The notes under the pieces are model-generated. The model saw nothing but the letters and a program-made list of their open reading frames with translations. It made no database searches and was not told the DNA's origin. The position numbers were made by a program, and so were the translations under genes. Shown one piece after another: positions 1 through 9,665 of a stretch of DNA of 64,000 nucleotides. The stretch spans positions 448,875 to 512,874 of the forward strand of contig CAWJAS010000001.1 of the NCBI GenBank assembly GCA_963840935.1, given 5' to 3'. Numbering within the stretch: the stretch's first letter is position 1; each line of letters begins with the position of its first letter. Source of the DNA: Candidatus Magasanikiibacteriota bacterium. GTDB lineage: Bacteria > Patescibacteriota > Patescibacteriia > Magasanikbacterales > GWA2-37-8.

Positions 1-9
1 TATAAAAAT

Positions 10-627
10 ATGAAACAAAGATCTATAAAAATCGGACATTTTTTTCTGAAGGATATCAATCCAGTGATTCGGTTTCTTATAATTTCTGATACTGTGATAA
101 TGGGGGCGGCGGGTTTGCTGGGGCCTATTTTTGCCCTTTTTATTGCGGGTTTTATTGAAGGAGGCAATGAAGCGGTGGCCGGTTTAGCGGCTGGAATATA
201 TTTAGTTACTAAAAGCGTTCTTCAAATACCGATTGCGCATTTAATAGATAGAATCAGGGGTGAGAAAGATGATTTTTGGTTAATGATTATTTTTTCTCTT
301 TTAATGGCTTTGGTACCGCTTCTTTATCTTGTAATTCACACTCCTCTTCAGTTATATATTGTCCAGTTTGTTTTGGGCGTGTTTACCGCGTTCACATTTC
401 CCACTTACATGGCATTATTTACTCGGCATATTGATAAAGACAGAGAGGGGATTGAATGGGGGGTTTACTTTACGCTGGTAGATTTGGTCAGTGCGGCATT
501 TGCCACAGTCGGTGGTTATATTGCCGTTGTCGAAGGTTTTAAGGCTTTGATAATCACAGTTGTGATATTATCATTTTTGGGAGCATTATTGTTATTACCG
601 ATTAGAAAATATATTCGAGTGCAGTAG
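10..627 (+). CDS. MFS-type membrane transporter (half-size, about 6 TM)
   Basis: 205-aa hydrophobic ORF; MFS motif-A-like 'AHLIDRIRGEK' and 'TRHIDKDREG'. Confidence 0.75.
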   Translation: MKQRSIKIGHFFLKDINPVIRFLIISDTVIMGAAGLLGPIFALFIAGFIEGGNEAVAGLAAGIYLVTKSVLQIPIAHLIDRIRGEKDDFWLMIIFSLLMALVPLLYLVIHTPLQLYIVQFVLGVFTAFTFPTYMALFTRHIDKDREGIEWGVYFTLVDLVSAAFATVGGYIAVVEGFKALIITVVILSFLGALLLLPIRKYIRVQ

Positions 628-643
628 TAATAAATTTTTTTTT

Positions 644-668
644 AGCGCCCACAAGGGCGCTTTTTTTT
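644..668 (+). terminator. Rho-independent terminator
   Basis: agcgccc-acaa-gggcgct followed by T-run. Confidence 0.8.
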
Positions 669-801
669 GTTGTGTTGATACTTGACAAATTTTGGCGGAG
701 ATAAATAAAAGTGTTATGCTATAAATAGTTCATTAACAACCTTAAAGCGCACTGATGCGTGGCAAGGTGTCGGTCAACCATCCGCCAAAAGGAGGTGCAT
801 C

Positions 802-1161
802 ATGGCGACGATGGCAACGCTTTCGGTTCATGTTTCCGGCACGACCTATAACTTGTACCAGCACGTGATTGAGATGTCCAAAGAGGACAAGATTCCCGAA
901 AAGGAGGTTAACAAAACATTTTGCGAACTGATTGAGACGGCAAGACTGCGCAGGAATGAAAATCGTTTTGGCACCAGTCATTTGCCCGCCCGGCCAAGTT
1001 GGAGTGAGCTTAATTTTTATTTGATTGAAGGTTGGCTTACTTACCACGAAGTTTACAATTCGCTCAACCATCTGGTTCAGTTCGGCAGGTATTTGCCTAT
1101 TCCCAAGCGAGCAAAAGTGAACTGGCCGTTACCGAGAAAGCGCGACTGCATGGAGGCGTGA
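802..1161 (+). CDS. Hypothetical protein
   Basis: 119-aa ORF with strong SD (aaggaggt) just upstream of ATG; hairpins downstream. Confidence 0.65.
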   Translation: MATMATLSVHVSGTTYNLYQHVIEMSKEDKIPEKEVNKTFCELIETARLRRNENRFGTSHLPARPSWSELNFYLIEGWLTYHEVYNSLNHLVQFGRYLPIPKRAKVNWPLPRKRDCMEA

Positions 1162-1332
1162 ATGAGGTTAATTGGTTGCTTCCTTGAGCCAACTTCGTTG
1201 GCTCAAAAAATGCCGTTAGAACGGCGCCGCTCCCACAAAGTGCCTCGTGAATTATTTGTCTTTTTGGCAAAAATATTCGCGAGGCCTTTTCTTTTTGAAG
1301 AATATGATTTAAAATAACAGTAAATACACAAT

Positions 1333-2130
1333 ATGTCTAAAATAACCAAAATTTGTATATCGTGTTTGTTTGTAGTTTTTTGTTTTTCCGGTTGCACATT
1401 GTTTGAAGGGCAATACCGGCCGTCCGCAACATTAGATAACTCTGAATCATCTTTGCAAGAAAGTTTTGAAGAAGCCGATAAAATGCTTGAAAAACGGTTT
1501 GACGATGTAGTTAGCGGGCGAGCGTCAGCCGGAGAATTTGCGAATACTACCACTGGCGCCAGTGGTTCACCAAATCAAAATATTAATCAAGAATCTATGC
1601 TACAAGATAATAATCAAAAACAAGCCGGGGGGCCGGAAGCGGTAATTCAAGAAAATAAAAAATATAGAGCTTTTTTGCGCACCGAAGCGGGGGATATAGA
1701 GGTTAGTTTGTTTGCCGACAAAACCCCTTTTACGGTAAATAATTTTGTATATTTATCAAAAAAGAATTTCTATAATAATACGGTTTTTCATCGAGTTATA
1801 AATGGGTTTATGATTCAAGGCGGAGATCCAAATGGAGATGGCACCGGTAATCCGGGATATAAATTTGCCGATGAGCCATTTGAAGGTGAATACTCTCGCG
1901 GTATCGTGGCTATGGCTAATTCCGGACCAAATACAAACGGAAGTCAATTTTTTATTATGCACGCGGACTATCCTTTGCAAAAGGATTATGTGATTTTTGG
2001 CAATGTTTTATCCGGCATGGATGTTGTTGATTCTATTGCCGAAGCGCCGGTAAAGTTGGGCGCAAGTGGAGAGAACTCAACACCGGTTAAACCGATAAAA
2101 ATTTTGAAAGTTGATATTATTGAAGAATAA
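1333..2130 (+). CDS. Cyclophilin-type peptidyl-prolyl isomerase, putative lipoprotein
   Basis: FHRVINGFMIQGGDP, AMANSGPNTNGSQFFI; N-terminal lipobox-like FSGC. Confidence 0.92.
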   Translation: MSKITKICISCLFVVFCFSGCTLFEGQYRPSATLDNSESSLQESFEEADKMLEKRFDDVVSGRASAGEFANTTTGASGSPNQNINQESMLQDNNQKQAGGPEAVIQENKKYRAFLRTEAGDIEVSLFADKTPFTVNNFVYLSKKNFYNNTVFHRVINGFMIQGGDPNGDGTGNPGYKFADEPFEGEYSRGIVAMANSGPNTNGSQFFIMHADYPLQKDYVIFGNVLSGMDVVDSIAEAPVKLGASGENSTPVKPIKILKVDIIEE

Positions 2131-2131
2131 T

Positions 2132-2707
2132 ATGTTTTTGGTACCGCCAAAATTATATTTTTTTGATAAAGTTTTTAAATATTCAATTTTGCGATTGATT
2201 CCGCATAGTGTTAAACCCAATCATTTGACTGTAATTAGGTTTTTGATGACACCTCTTGTGGTGTTTTTTTTGTGGCAAGGTAATCATTGGCTGGGCTTGG
2301 TTTTGTTTTTAATTGCAGCCGCAACAGACGCTCTTGACGGGGCGATGGCTCGCACCAGAAATCAGATTACCGATTGGGGAAAAGTGTATGACCCGCTTGC
2401 GGATAAACTATTAATTTGTTCGGTAATTTTTGTGTTACTTCTTAAGTATGTTGATTTTTATGCGGCCTGGGTAATTATTATAATTGAAGCCGTTATAATT
2501 ATTACCGCTTTAATAAAAAAACGAAAAGGCGTGGAAATACAGTCTAATTTTTGGGGTAAAATGAAAATGATTTTGCAGGTTACGGGCGTTGTTTTTATGC
2601 TTTTGGCAATAGTGTTTAATTTTGACGCTCTTGTTCCGATTAGTAGAAATGTGCTTTATTTGTCAATAGGCTTTGCTATTATTTCATTATTCACGTATAG
2701 TGCCTGA
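2132..2707 (+). CDS. CDP-alcohol phosphatidyltransferase (PgsA-like)
   Basis: PNHLTVIR and DALDGAMARTRNQITDWGKVYDPLADK signature; start placed at ATG 2132 after upstream stop. Confidence 0.88.
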   Translation: MFLVPPKLYFFDKVFKYSILRLIPHSVKPNHLTVIRFLMTPLVVFFLWQGNHWLGLVLFLIAAATDALDGAMARTRNQITDWGKVYDPLADKLLICSVIFVLLLKYVDFYAAWVIIIIEAVIIITALIKKRKGVEIQSNFWGKMKMILQVTGVVFMLLAIVFNFDALVPISRNVLYLSIGFAIISLFTYSA

Positions 2708-2708
2708 T

Positions 2709-3419
2709 ATGCCTGATATTTGGTTTAACTATTTATATCAACCGTTGCTCAATGTTTTGGTTTGGATTTATAATAATTTGGCCGGTCAAAATATGGGCTG
2801 GTCCGTTGTTATATTAACGGTTTTTTTGCGAATAGCGCTTCTTCCTTTTTCCATTATTTCTCAACGTGATATTGTGCGACAGAATAAAATTAAAGAGGAA
2901 GCCGCCAGAGCGGCCGATGTTTTTAAAAATGATTCTGTGGCGAGAAACGAAGAATTTCGCAAAATAATGAAAACAAATAAAATTTCACCTTGGGCGAAAG
3001 TGGTTGTTTTGGGAATTCAGTTGCTCGTATTAATTTTACTTTATCAAGTTTTTATAAGTGGAATATTTGGGGAGCGTTTGGTCAAGGTTTTGTATCCGTC
3101 AATCGGTTTTCCCGGCGCCATAAATAATGATTTTTTCGGTTTTAACATCGGAGAATCGCATAGTTTATTCTGGGCCGGATTGGTAGCAATATATTTGATG
3201 GCGGCAAATTTGATTGAAAAGATAGGAAGTAAACAATGGGAACGGTCAGAGGCTGTTTTTTTCATATTATTTCCCTTGTTTGTGTTTATTGTTTTGTGGC
3301 TTTTGCCGATCGCCAAAGCTCTCTTCATCTTGACTAGTATGATATTTTCTGATATATTGACGCTTGGCCGTCTTGCCTTGGTCCAACCGGAAAAAACACC
3401 GGAAAGCAAGCCTGCATAA
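2709..3419 (+). CDS. yidC: Membrane protein insertase YidC/Oxa1 family (short form)
   Basis: LYQPLLNVL...MGWSVVILTVFLRIALLP motif, multiple TM segments. Confidence 0.8.
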   Translation: MPDIWFNYLYQPLLNVLVWIYNNLAGQNMGWSVVILTVFLRIALLPFSIISQRDIVRQNKIKEEAARAADVFKNDSVARNEEFRKIMKTNKISPWAKVVVLGIQLLVLILLYQVFISGIFGERLVKVLYPSIGFPGAINNDFFGFNIGESHSLFWAGLVAIYLMAANLIEKIGSKQWERSEAVFFILFPLFVFIVLWLLPIAKALFILTSMIFSDILTLGRLALVQPEKTPESKPA

Positions 3420-3430
3420 CACATATTTAT

Positions 3431-4009
3431 ATGGGTGGAGATTCACTGGATAAATTAATGTATAGTTTTGTCGTTGAGGATGTTCTCAAGGGTTTTTTTA
3501 TTCACGTTCCGCCCGGGTATGTTGCTTGTGTTTATGATTTGGGCAGGGGAGTCTTAAAAAAAGTTTTAACCCCGGGCCTTCATTTAAAAATTCCTTTTTG
3601 GCAAAAAGCCAAATTATTTAACACTCAAACGCTTGAATACAGTATTTCCCGCCAGTTTAAGAGCGAATTGGCTCGCGCTTTGGGCGATATTCCGATTGCC
3701 GCCATAACCATGGATAACAAAAGAGTCGGAGTTGAAGGGACAATTTTGCTTCGTCTGGATGTTCACCAGGTTCCGTTAATTTGGCAGACAATCGGGGAAG
3801 ATTTTGTTGAAAAGATTGTTAGGCCCACAATCAGAAGCAGAATAAGAATGGTTTTTTCCCGTTTTAATTATCAAGACATAATTGGGCCCAGAAGAGATGA
3901 AGTGGAAGAAATGCTTAAAGAAGAATTGGAAAATATTTTTTATCCGAGGGGTATTTATGTTGAAAACGTTTTGTTAAGTGAAATACAAATAATTGTCGGC
4001 AAGGAATAA
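3431..4009 (+). CDS. SPFH/prohibitin (band 7) domain protein
   Basis: VPPGYVAC, LTPGLHLKIPFWQK, EKIVRPTIRSRIR, GIYVENVLLSEI. Confidence 0.8.
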   Translation: MGGDSLDKLMYSFVVEDVLKGFFIHVPPGYVACVYDLGRGVLKKVLTPGLHLKIPFWQKAKLFNTQTLEYSISRQFKSELARALGDIPIAAITMDNKRVGVEGTILLRLDVHQVPLIWQTIGEDFVEKIVRPTIRSRIRMVFSRFNYQDIIGPRRDEVEEMLKEELENIFYPRGIYVENVLLSEIQIIVGKE

Positions 4010-4065
4010 TTTTTCCTTGTTTTTTTATAGTATAAAAACAGTTTCGCCAACAAAAGGAGGGTGAC

Positions 4066-4203
4066 GTGTATATGAACATACTGAGGGCGAAAAGCACGCC
4101 GAAGCAGGAATGTTTGTCATTGTTCTTTTTGGCTGTTATCGTCACAGCTGGAATTGTCGCCACAGTTATTGATTTTATCTATGGCGAGCATGACGAGCGA
4201 TAG
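4066..4203 (+). CDS. Small membrane protein (45 aa from GTG, 43 aa from ATG 4072); not in ORF track
   Basis: AGGAGG at 4055-4060; MNILRAKSTPKQECLSLFFLAVIVTAGIVATVIDFIYGEHDER; hairpin aaagcgg...ccgcttt downstream. Confidence 0.55.
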   Translation: MYMNILRAKSTPKQECLSLFFLAVIVTAGIVATVIDFIYGEHDER

Positions 4204-4272
4204 GAGTTGTCGCGAAAATTCGATGTTTATAAAGCGGTTTTTAGAGCCGCTTTTCTTATATAAAAAAACGCC

Positions 4273-4325
4273 TTGACACTGTGGACAAATATGATATATT
4301 ATCACTCACAGGGTTAGAGTGATAA
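4273..4325 (+). promoter_or_regulatory. Sigma70 promoter plus CIRCE operator (variant)
   Basis: TTGACA 4273-4278, TGn-TATATT 4295-4300; TTATCACTC-N9-GAGTGATAA 4299-4325 directly upstream of hrcA. Confidence 0.88.
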
Positions 4326-4333
4326 TAATATAT

Positions 4334-5041
4334 ATGAAAAACGCTATTTTACCCACAGAAGGCAGGCAACTCAAATTAATAATATCAGTCATAGAAAATT
4401 ACATTGAAACAGCAGAGCCGGTTGGTTCCAAGTTTTTGGCTTACAAAAAAAATATTGGCTGGAGCGAAGCCACGATACGCAATGATTTTCGCGTTTTGGA
4501 AGAGGCCGGTTTATTGGTTCAGCCACACACTTCAGCCGGTAGAATTCCGACTATGGCCGGTTATCGTTTTTACGTCGATAGAATTGGCGCGGAAACAATT
4601 AGTAAGAAGGAGCAAAATAGTTTGGAAAAAGCTTTCAAAGAATCAGACTCATACGAAATCGCTTGCAAATCATTGGCGAAGGAGGCGGCATCAATCACTC
4701 GTGAAGCGGTTATCGTGGCTTTCACAGTTGATAAAATTTTTTATACGGGACTTTCCAATATATTTGAAAAACCGGAATTTGCTTCATCGAACATGGTAAT
4801 AAATACGTCGCGAATGTTTGATCAATGTGAAGAATGTTTGGATCGTTTTTTTGGTAAAGTGGGGCAAGAGCCGGCAATTTTTATCGGGCCGGAGCATCCG
4901 TTTGGCGCGCATCTTAGTGTGATTGGAGTTGGTTTTGGCAAAGAAAATGAAGGATTATTTATGGTTTTTGGGCCAATGCGCATGAATTACAAGAAAAATT
5001 TGGCTTTAGTTCAAAAAGTAAAAGAAATATTTAATCAGTAA
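4334..5041 (+). CDS. hrcA: Heat-inducible transcription repressor HrcA (short form)
   Basis: YIETAEPVGSK, SEATIRNDF, LVQPHTSAGRIPT, GPMRMNY. Confidence 0.93.
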   Translation: MKNAILPTEGRQLKLIISVIENYIETAEPVGSKFLAYKKNIGWSEATIRNDFRVLEEAGLLVQPHTSAGRIPTMAGYRFYVDRIGAETISKKEQNSLEKAFKESDSYEIACKSLAKEAASITREAVIVAFTVDKIFYTGLSNIFEKPEFASSNMVINTSRMFDQCEECLDRFFGKVGQEPAIFIGPEHPFGAHLSVIGVGFGKENEGLFMVFGPMRMNYKKNLALVQKVKEIFNQ

Positions 5042-5043
5042 TT

Positions 5044-5589
5044 ATGTTTGGAAAAAATAAAATAATCAACGACGACGTCACTGACGCATTGGTTAGGGAT
5101 GATACAGCGCCGGCGGAAGAAACGGCAGAATCGGTTGGTTGTGAAAACTGCGCTCGATTGAATGAAGAAATGGAAAAATTTAAAATTGGCTGGCAACGCG
5201 CTTTGGCGGATTACCAAAATTTGCAAAAAGAAACTGTCGCTCGACGCGTTGAATGGGCACGAATGAGTGAACAGCAAATTATTGAGGAATTTATTCCGGT
5301 ATATGAGAATTTAAAAATGTCGCTTGATAGCTCGAATTGCGAGAACGAAAATAATCCATGGCTTAATGGCGTAAAACTTGTTTTGAAACAATTCGCGGAT
5401 ATTTTGAAGTCTCACGACGTGGAAGAAATACAAGCGGTAGGTAAAAAGTTTGACCCAAAATTTCATGAAGCCATTGGTGAAGAAAAAGTGGAAAAGAAAA
5501 AATCAGGAGAGATAATAAAAGTAATTAACGGCGGATATATTATGGGTGACAAAGTGATAAAAGCGGCAAAAGTAATTGTCGCAAAATAA
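5044..5589 (+). CDS. grpE: Nucleotide exchange factor GrpE
   Basis: QRALADYQNL, KFDPKFHEAI, GYIMGDKVIKAAKV; operon context. Confidence 0.95.
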   Translation: MFGKNKIINDDVTDALVRDDTAPAEETAESVGCENCARLNEEMEKFKIGWQRALADYQNLQKETVARRVEWARMSEQQIIEEFIPVYENLKMSLDSSNCENENNPWLNGVKLVLKQFADILKSHDVEEIQAVGKKFDPKFHEAIGEEKVEKKKSGEIIKVINGGYIMGDKVIKAAKVIVAK

Positions 5590-5614
5590 ATAAATCAGGA
5601 CTTATAAATATTAA

Positions 5615-5654
5615 TTTTTCTGCCTTACACTGAGCAGTGTTTGGTAGAAGGAGG
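5615..5654 (+). promoter_or_regulatory. Putative fourU-type RNA thermometer hairpin over the hsp20 SD
   Basis: UUUU 5615-5618 can pair with AGGA 5649-5652 at the base of a long hairpin. Confidence 0.5.
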
Positions 5655-5661
5655 TTTAAAT

Positions 5662-6105
5662 ATGAGTATTATTCGTTGGTCTCCAATGCTAGACCCGTTT
5701 TCTGAGATGGAGGAAGCGTTTAATCGTTTGCCTTCATTTGGTGGTGGACAATCACTGAAAGCTTTTGTGCCTGCAATGGATGTTTATGAAACCGATAAAG
5801 CAGTGGTGGTGGAAGCTCCGCTTGCCGGTGTAAACCCGGATGAAGTGAAGGTTAGCGTGGAAAAAGGTGTTTTAACGATTCAGGGCGAATCAAAAAAAGA
5901 ACACGAAGTGGAAGAAAAAAATTATTACAGAAAGGAAGTCCGTTCAGGCGCCTTTTATCGCCAAGTTGCTCTACCGGCTCCGGTTATGGAAGATAAAGTG
6001 TCGGCTGAATTCGAAGATGGTATGTTAAGAATTACATGTCCCAAATCCTCGCCGGCAAAGGCAAAAACAGTAGATGTCAAAGTAATTAAGAAAAATAAAA
6101 AATAA
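5662..6105 (+). CDS. Hsp20/alpha-crystallin small heat shock protein
   Basis: PAMDVYET, GVLTIQGE, YYRKEVRSGAFYRQVALP, AEFEDGMLRIT; SD AGGAGG before ATG 5662. Confidence 0.95.
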   Translation: MSIIRWSPMLDPFSEMEEAFNRLPSFGGGQSLKAFVPAMDVYETDKAVVVEAPLAGVNPDEVKVSVEKGVLTIQGESKKEHEVEEKNYYRKEVRSGAFYRQVALPAPVMEDKVSAEFEDGMLRITCPKSSPAKAKTVDVKVIKKNKK

Positions 6106-6183
6106 TTTTTACCGTAGAACCGCGAATAGTCCGTTCGCGGTTATATCGGAAAAATAATTAATAATTTAAATAATTTTAGACTT

Positions 6184-8100
6184 ATGTCAAAAGTATTGGG
6201 AATTGATTTGGGCACAACAAACTCCTGCATGGCTATCATTGAAGGTGGCCAGCCAAAGGTGTTGGAAAACAAAGAGGGGGCGCGCACGACGCCGTCAATC
6301 GTGGCAATTTCTAAATCAGGCGAACGCTTGGTGGGGCAACTGGCTAAACGCCAAGCCGTGACCAATCCGGAAAACACATTGTATTCAATCAAGCGTTTGA
6401 TTGGACGTCGATGGGATGACCCGGAGGTTCAAAGAGATTTAAAGTTAATGCCATATAAAATTGTTCAATCGGGTGATGGTGTAAAAATCACAATGAGTGG
6501 GAAAGATTATTCACCCCAGGAAGTATCGGCCATGATTCTTGGCAAAATGAAGGCAGACGCCGAAGAAAGATTGGGTGAAAAAATTAGCGACGCTGTTATT
6601 ACCGTGCCGGCGTATTTTGATGATTCTCAACGTAAGGCGACAAAGGACGCCGGAGAAATTGCCGGTTTAAATGTTCTGCGCGTAATTAACGAACCGACCG
6701 CAGCCGCTTTAGCGTATGGTTTTGACAAAAAAACAAATGAGCAGATTGTGGTTTATGATTTGGGCGGTGGTACATTTGATGTTTCAATTTTGGATGTGGC
6801 ACCGGATAATGTTCAGGTTCTTTCAACTAACGGAGACACACATTTGGGCGGAGATGATTTTGACCAGGTAATTATAAGCTGGATTATTGATGAGTTTAAA
6901 AAAGACCAAGGAATTGATTTGGGAAGCGACCCGCTGGCTCTCCAACGTATTAAAGAAGCGGCCGAGAAGGCAAAAATTGAATTATCAACAGCGCAGGAAT
7001 CCGAAATAAATCAGCCATTTATCACATCTGATTCCAGTGGTCCGAAGCACTTGGTATTAAAATTATCCAGGTCAAAATTGGAAGAATTAGTTGGTGATTT
7101 GGTTGAGAAGACTTTGGGGCCGGTTCAAAAAGCTTTGGATGACGCAAAATTAAAATCAACTGATATTGAAGAAGTAATCTTGGTGGGCGGAATGACCAGA
7201 ATGCCATTAGTAATCAAAACGGTAGAAAAGTTTTTTGGAAAGAAACCGAATGTTACTGTTAATCCCGATGAGGTTGTGGCTATTGGCGCATCCGTTCAAG
7301 GTGGCGTGCTTAAAGGAGAAGTAAAAGATATTTTGTTATTGGATGTTACACCTTTGTCTTTGGGTTTGGAAACGCTTGGCGGTGTAATGACAAAATTAAT
7401 TGAAAGAAATACGACTATCCCAACTTCAAAAACTCAGGTTTTTTCCACAGCGGCGGATAATCAACCGAGCGTAGAGGTTCATGTTTTGCAGGGAGAACGC
7501 CCGATGGCAACAGATAATAAAACCCTCGGCAGATTTATGCTTGACGGAATTCCGCCGGCTCCGCGCGGAGTGCCTCAGGTTGAAGTGACTTTTGATATTG
7601 ACGCAAACGGAATTTTGAACGTGAAAGCGAAGGATAAAGCGACAAATAAGGAACAATCAATTCGTATTGAAGCCTCATCCGGTTTGTCAAAAGAAGAAGT
7701 GGAAAAAATGAAACAAGAAGCCGAAGCCCATGCGGATGAAGATAAAAAGAAGCAGGAAATAATCGAGGCAAAAAATATTGCCGACACGATGATTTATACC
7801 ACGGAAAAAATGATGAAAGATGTGGAAGAAAAAAAGATTGAAATAAGTGATGAAGAAAAGAAAGCTGTTGATGAAGCACTTGCTAAATTAAAAGATGTAA
7901 AAGATAAGGACGATGTTGAGATTATCAAAAAAAATTCCGAGGAATTATCAAAAGTGGCGCAAGCTGTTGGGATGAAAATGTATCAAGCCGAGCAGAATAA
8001 TAAAGCAAGCGAAGCTAAAACAGAAGACGCTGGTGAAGCAAAAAGCGAACCGGGAACTGCTACTGACCAAGGACCGATTGAAGGTGAAGTGGTTAAATAA
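6184..8100 (+). CDS. dnaK: Chaperone DnaK
   Basis: [19 protein letters not shown], full-length 638 aa. Confidence 0.99.
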   Translation: MSKVLGIDLGTTNSCMAIIEGGQPKVLENKEGARTTPSIVAISKSGERLVGQLAKRQAVTNPENTLYSIKRLIGRRWDDPEVQRDLKLMPYKIVQSGDGVKITMSGKDYSPQEVSAMILGKMKADAEERLGEKISDAVITVPAYFDDSQRKATKDAGEIAGLNVLRVINEPTAAALAYGFDKKTNEQIVVYDLGGGTFDVSILDVAPDNVQVLSTNGDTHLGGDDFDQVIISWIIDEFKKDQGIDLGSDPLALQRIKEAAEKAKIELSTAQESEINQPFITSDSSGPKHLVLKLSRSKLEELVGDLVEKTLGPVQKALDDAKLKSTDIEEVILVGGMTRMPLVIKTVEKFFGKKPNVTVNPDEVVAIGASVQGGVLKGEVKDILLLDVTPLSLGLETLGGVMTKLIERNTTIPTSKTQVFSTAADNQPSVEVHVLQGERPMATDNKTLGRFMLDGIPPAPRGVPQVEVTFDIDANGILNVKAKDKATNKEQSIRIEASSGLSKEEVEKMKQEAEAHADEDKKKQEIIEAKNIADTMIYTTEKMMKDVEEKKIEISDEEKKAVDEALAKLKDVKDKDDVEIIKKNSEELSKVAQAVGMKMYQAEQNNKASEAKTEDAGEAKSEPGTATDQGPIEGEVVK

Positions 8101-8103
8101 TTT

Positions 8104-9210
8104 ATGTCCAAAGATTATTATAAATTATTAGGCGTGGAAAAGAACGCAACCGCTGATGAAATTAAAAAGGCGTTCAAAAAAATGGCCATGCAATATCACC
8201 CGGATAGGCCGACAGGCGATGAAAAAAAGTTTAAAGAAATCAATGAAGCTTTTCAAGTGCTTGGTGACGCGGAAAAGCGAGCTAAATATGATCAATTTGG
8301 CGCTGATTTTGATACGCAGGGAGGTTTTGGTGGTGGTATGAATTGGGAAGATTTTATGCGAGCGGCACGGGGGCAAGGTGGCGCGTCAGGTAATATTAAT
8401 TTTGGCGGTATTGATTTGGGAGATATTTTTGGTGATATTTTTGGATTCTCGTCTCATGAAGATGTGAGAGGGGGGCGAAGACAAGCCAGAGGACGAGATA
8501 TTGAAATTGATGTCGAAATAGATTTTAAAGAAGCGGCGTTTGGAATTCAAAAAGATTTTTCCTTGCGAAAACAAGCAAAATGCGAAGTTTGCAAAGGAAG
8601 TGGAAATGAACCGGGAAGCAAGGTGGATACATGCCGGACTTGCCAAGGGCGCGGTCAGGTGACGCAACAGCAAAGAACATTTTTAGGAATAATGCAAACA
8701 GTTGTTTCTTGCCCGGACTGCAAAGGACGAGGCCAGAAGGCGACAAATAAATGCAAACACTGTGGCGGAGATGGAATATTGGCAAAAACAGCTAATATTA
8801 ATGTTAAAATTCCCGGTGGAATTGACGACGGACAATCGATTAGAATAACCGGACATGGTGAAGCTGCGCCCAACGACGGGCAATCTGGAGATTTGTATGT
8901 TCGAGTCCATGTTAAAGCTCAAAAAATATTTCACCGCGAAGGTTTTGATGTTTATACTGAATCGGAGATTAGTTATCCGCAAGCCGTTTTGGGAGACAAA
9001 ATAATTGTGCCGACTTTGGACGGCGAATTAAAAGTCATGGTGCCGGAAGGTACTGAGTCCGGCCAATTAATTCGTTTAAAAGGGCACGGAGTTCAATATT
9101 TGAGCCGTTCAGGCAGGGGAGACCATTATGTGAGAATAAAAATTCGTGTCCCAAAGAAAATTTCGCGTGAAATAAGAAAAAAATTAGAAGAGATAAAAAA
9201 TGATTTATAA
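8104..9210 (+). CDS. dnaJ: Chaperone DnaJ
   Basis: J-domain HPD, G/F region, four CxxCxGxG repeats. Confidence 0.98.
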   Translation: MSKDYYKLLGVEKNATADEIKKAFKKMAMQYHPDRPTGDEKKFKEINEAFQVLGDAEKRAKYDQFGADFDTQGGFGGGMNWEDFMRAARGQGGASGNINFGGIDLGDIFGDIFGFSSHEDVRGGRRQARGRDIEIDVEIDFKEAAFGIQKDFSLRKQAKCEVCKGSGNEPGSKVDTCRTCQGRGQVTQQQRTFLGIMQTVVSCPDCKGRGQKATNKCKHCGGDGILAKTANINVKIPGGIDDGQSIRITGHGEAAPNDGQSGDLYVRVHVKAQKIFHREGFDVYTESEISYPQAVLGDKIIVPTLDGELKVMVPEGTESGQLIRLKGHGVQYLSRSGRGDHYVRIKIRVPKKISREIRKKLEEIKNDL

Positions 9211-9221
9211 GGTAGATGAAT

Positions 9222-9254
9222 AAAAAAACGCCGTGAATAACAGGCGTTTTTTTT
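9222..9254. terminator. Bidirectional intrinsic terminator
   Basis: A-run-cgcc...ggcg-T-run between convergent dnaJ and rnhA. Confidence 0.75.
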
Positions 9255-9263
9255 AATATTTTT

Positions 9264-9662
9264 TTAATGATTATCCAGAATTTTATTTAATATTGCGTCC
9301 GCTTCTTTGTTGTTTTCTCTTAATGTATGACGATAAGTGATTTTTTTAAAAACTGAGGCGGAATTCCATGCTTGAATAAAAAGTTTTTGCAACGTCGGTT
9401 CTTTAACTTTATACTCACGATTCATTTGTTTTACCACTAATTCGGAATCCAACACACATTCAACTTCCGTGGCCTTTAGTTCCTTGGCTTTTTTTAGGCC
9501 GGCAATCAAGGCAGAATACTCGGCGTAATTATTTGTTTGTTCTCCAAGATATTCGCCAAATGCTTGTATTGTTTCACCGTTCGTATTTTTAATAATAACA
9601 CCGGTTGCCGCCGGTCCCGGGTTTCCGCGGGCTCCGCCATCAGAAAAAATAATTAGTTTCAT
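9264..9662 (-). CDS. rnhA: Ribonuclease HI family
   Basis: SDGGARGNPGPA, TNNYAEY, DSELVVKQ, RENNKEAD. Confidence 0.92.
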   Translation of the reverse strand: MKLIIFSDGGARGNPGPAATGVIIKNTNGETIQAFGEYLGEQTNNYAEYSALIAGLKKAKELKATEVECVLDSELVVKQMNREYKVKEPTLQKLFIQAWNSASVFKKITYRHTLRENNKEADAILNKILDNH

Positions 9663-9665
9663 ATT

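Noticed and set aside
4280-4289. DnaA-box-like tgtggacaa in the hrcA promoter
   Set aside because: One mismatch, single copy; expected by chance
6118-6142. Hairpin aaccgcgaa...ttcgcggtt between hsp20 and dnaK as terminator or ncRNA
   Set aside because: No U-tract; probably an mRNA stability or processing stem; not enough evidence to call
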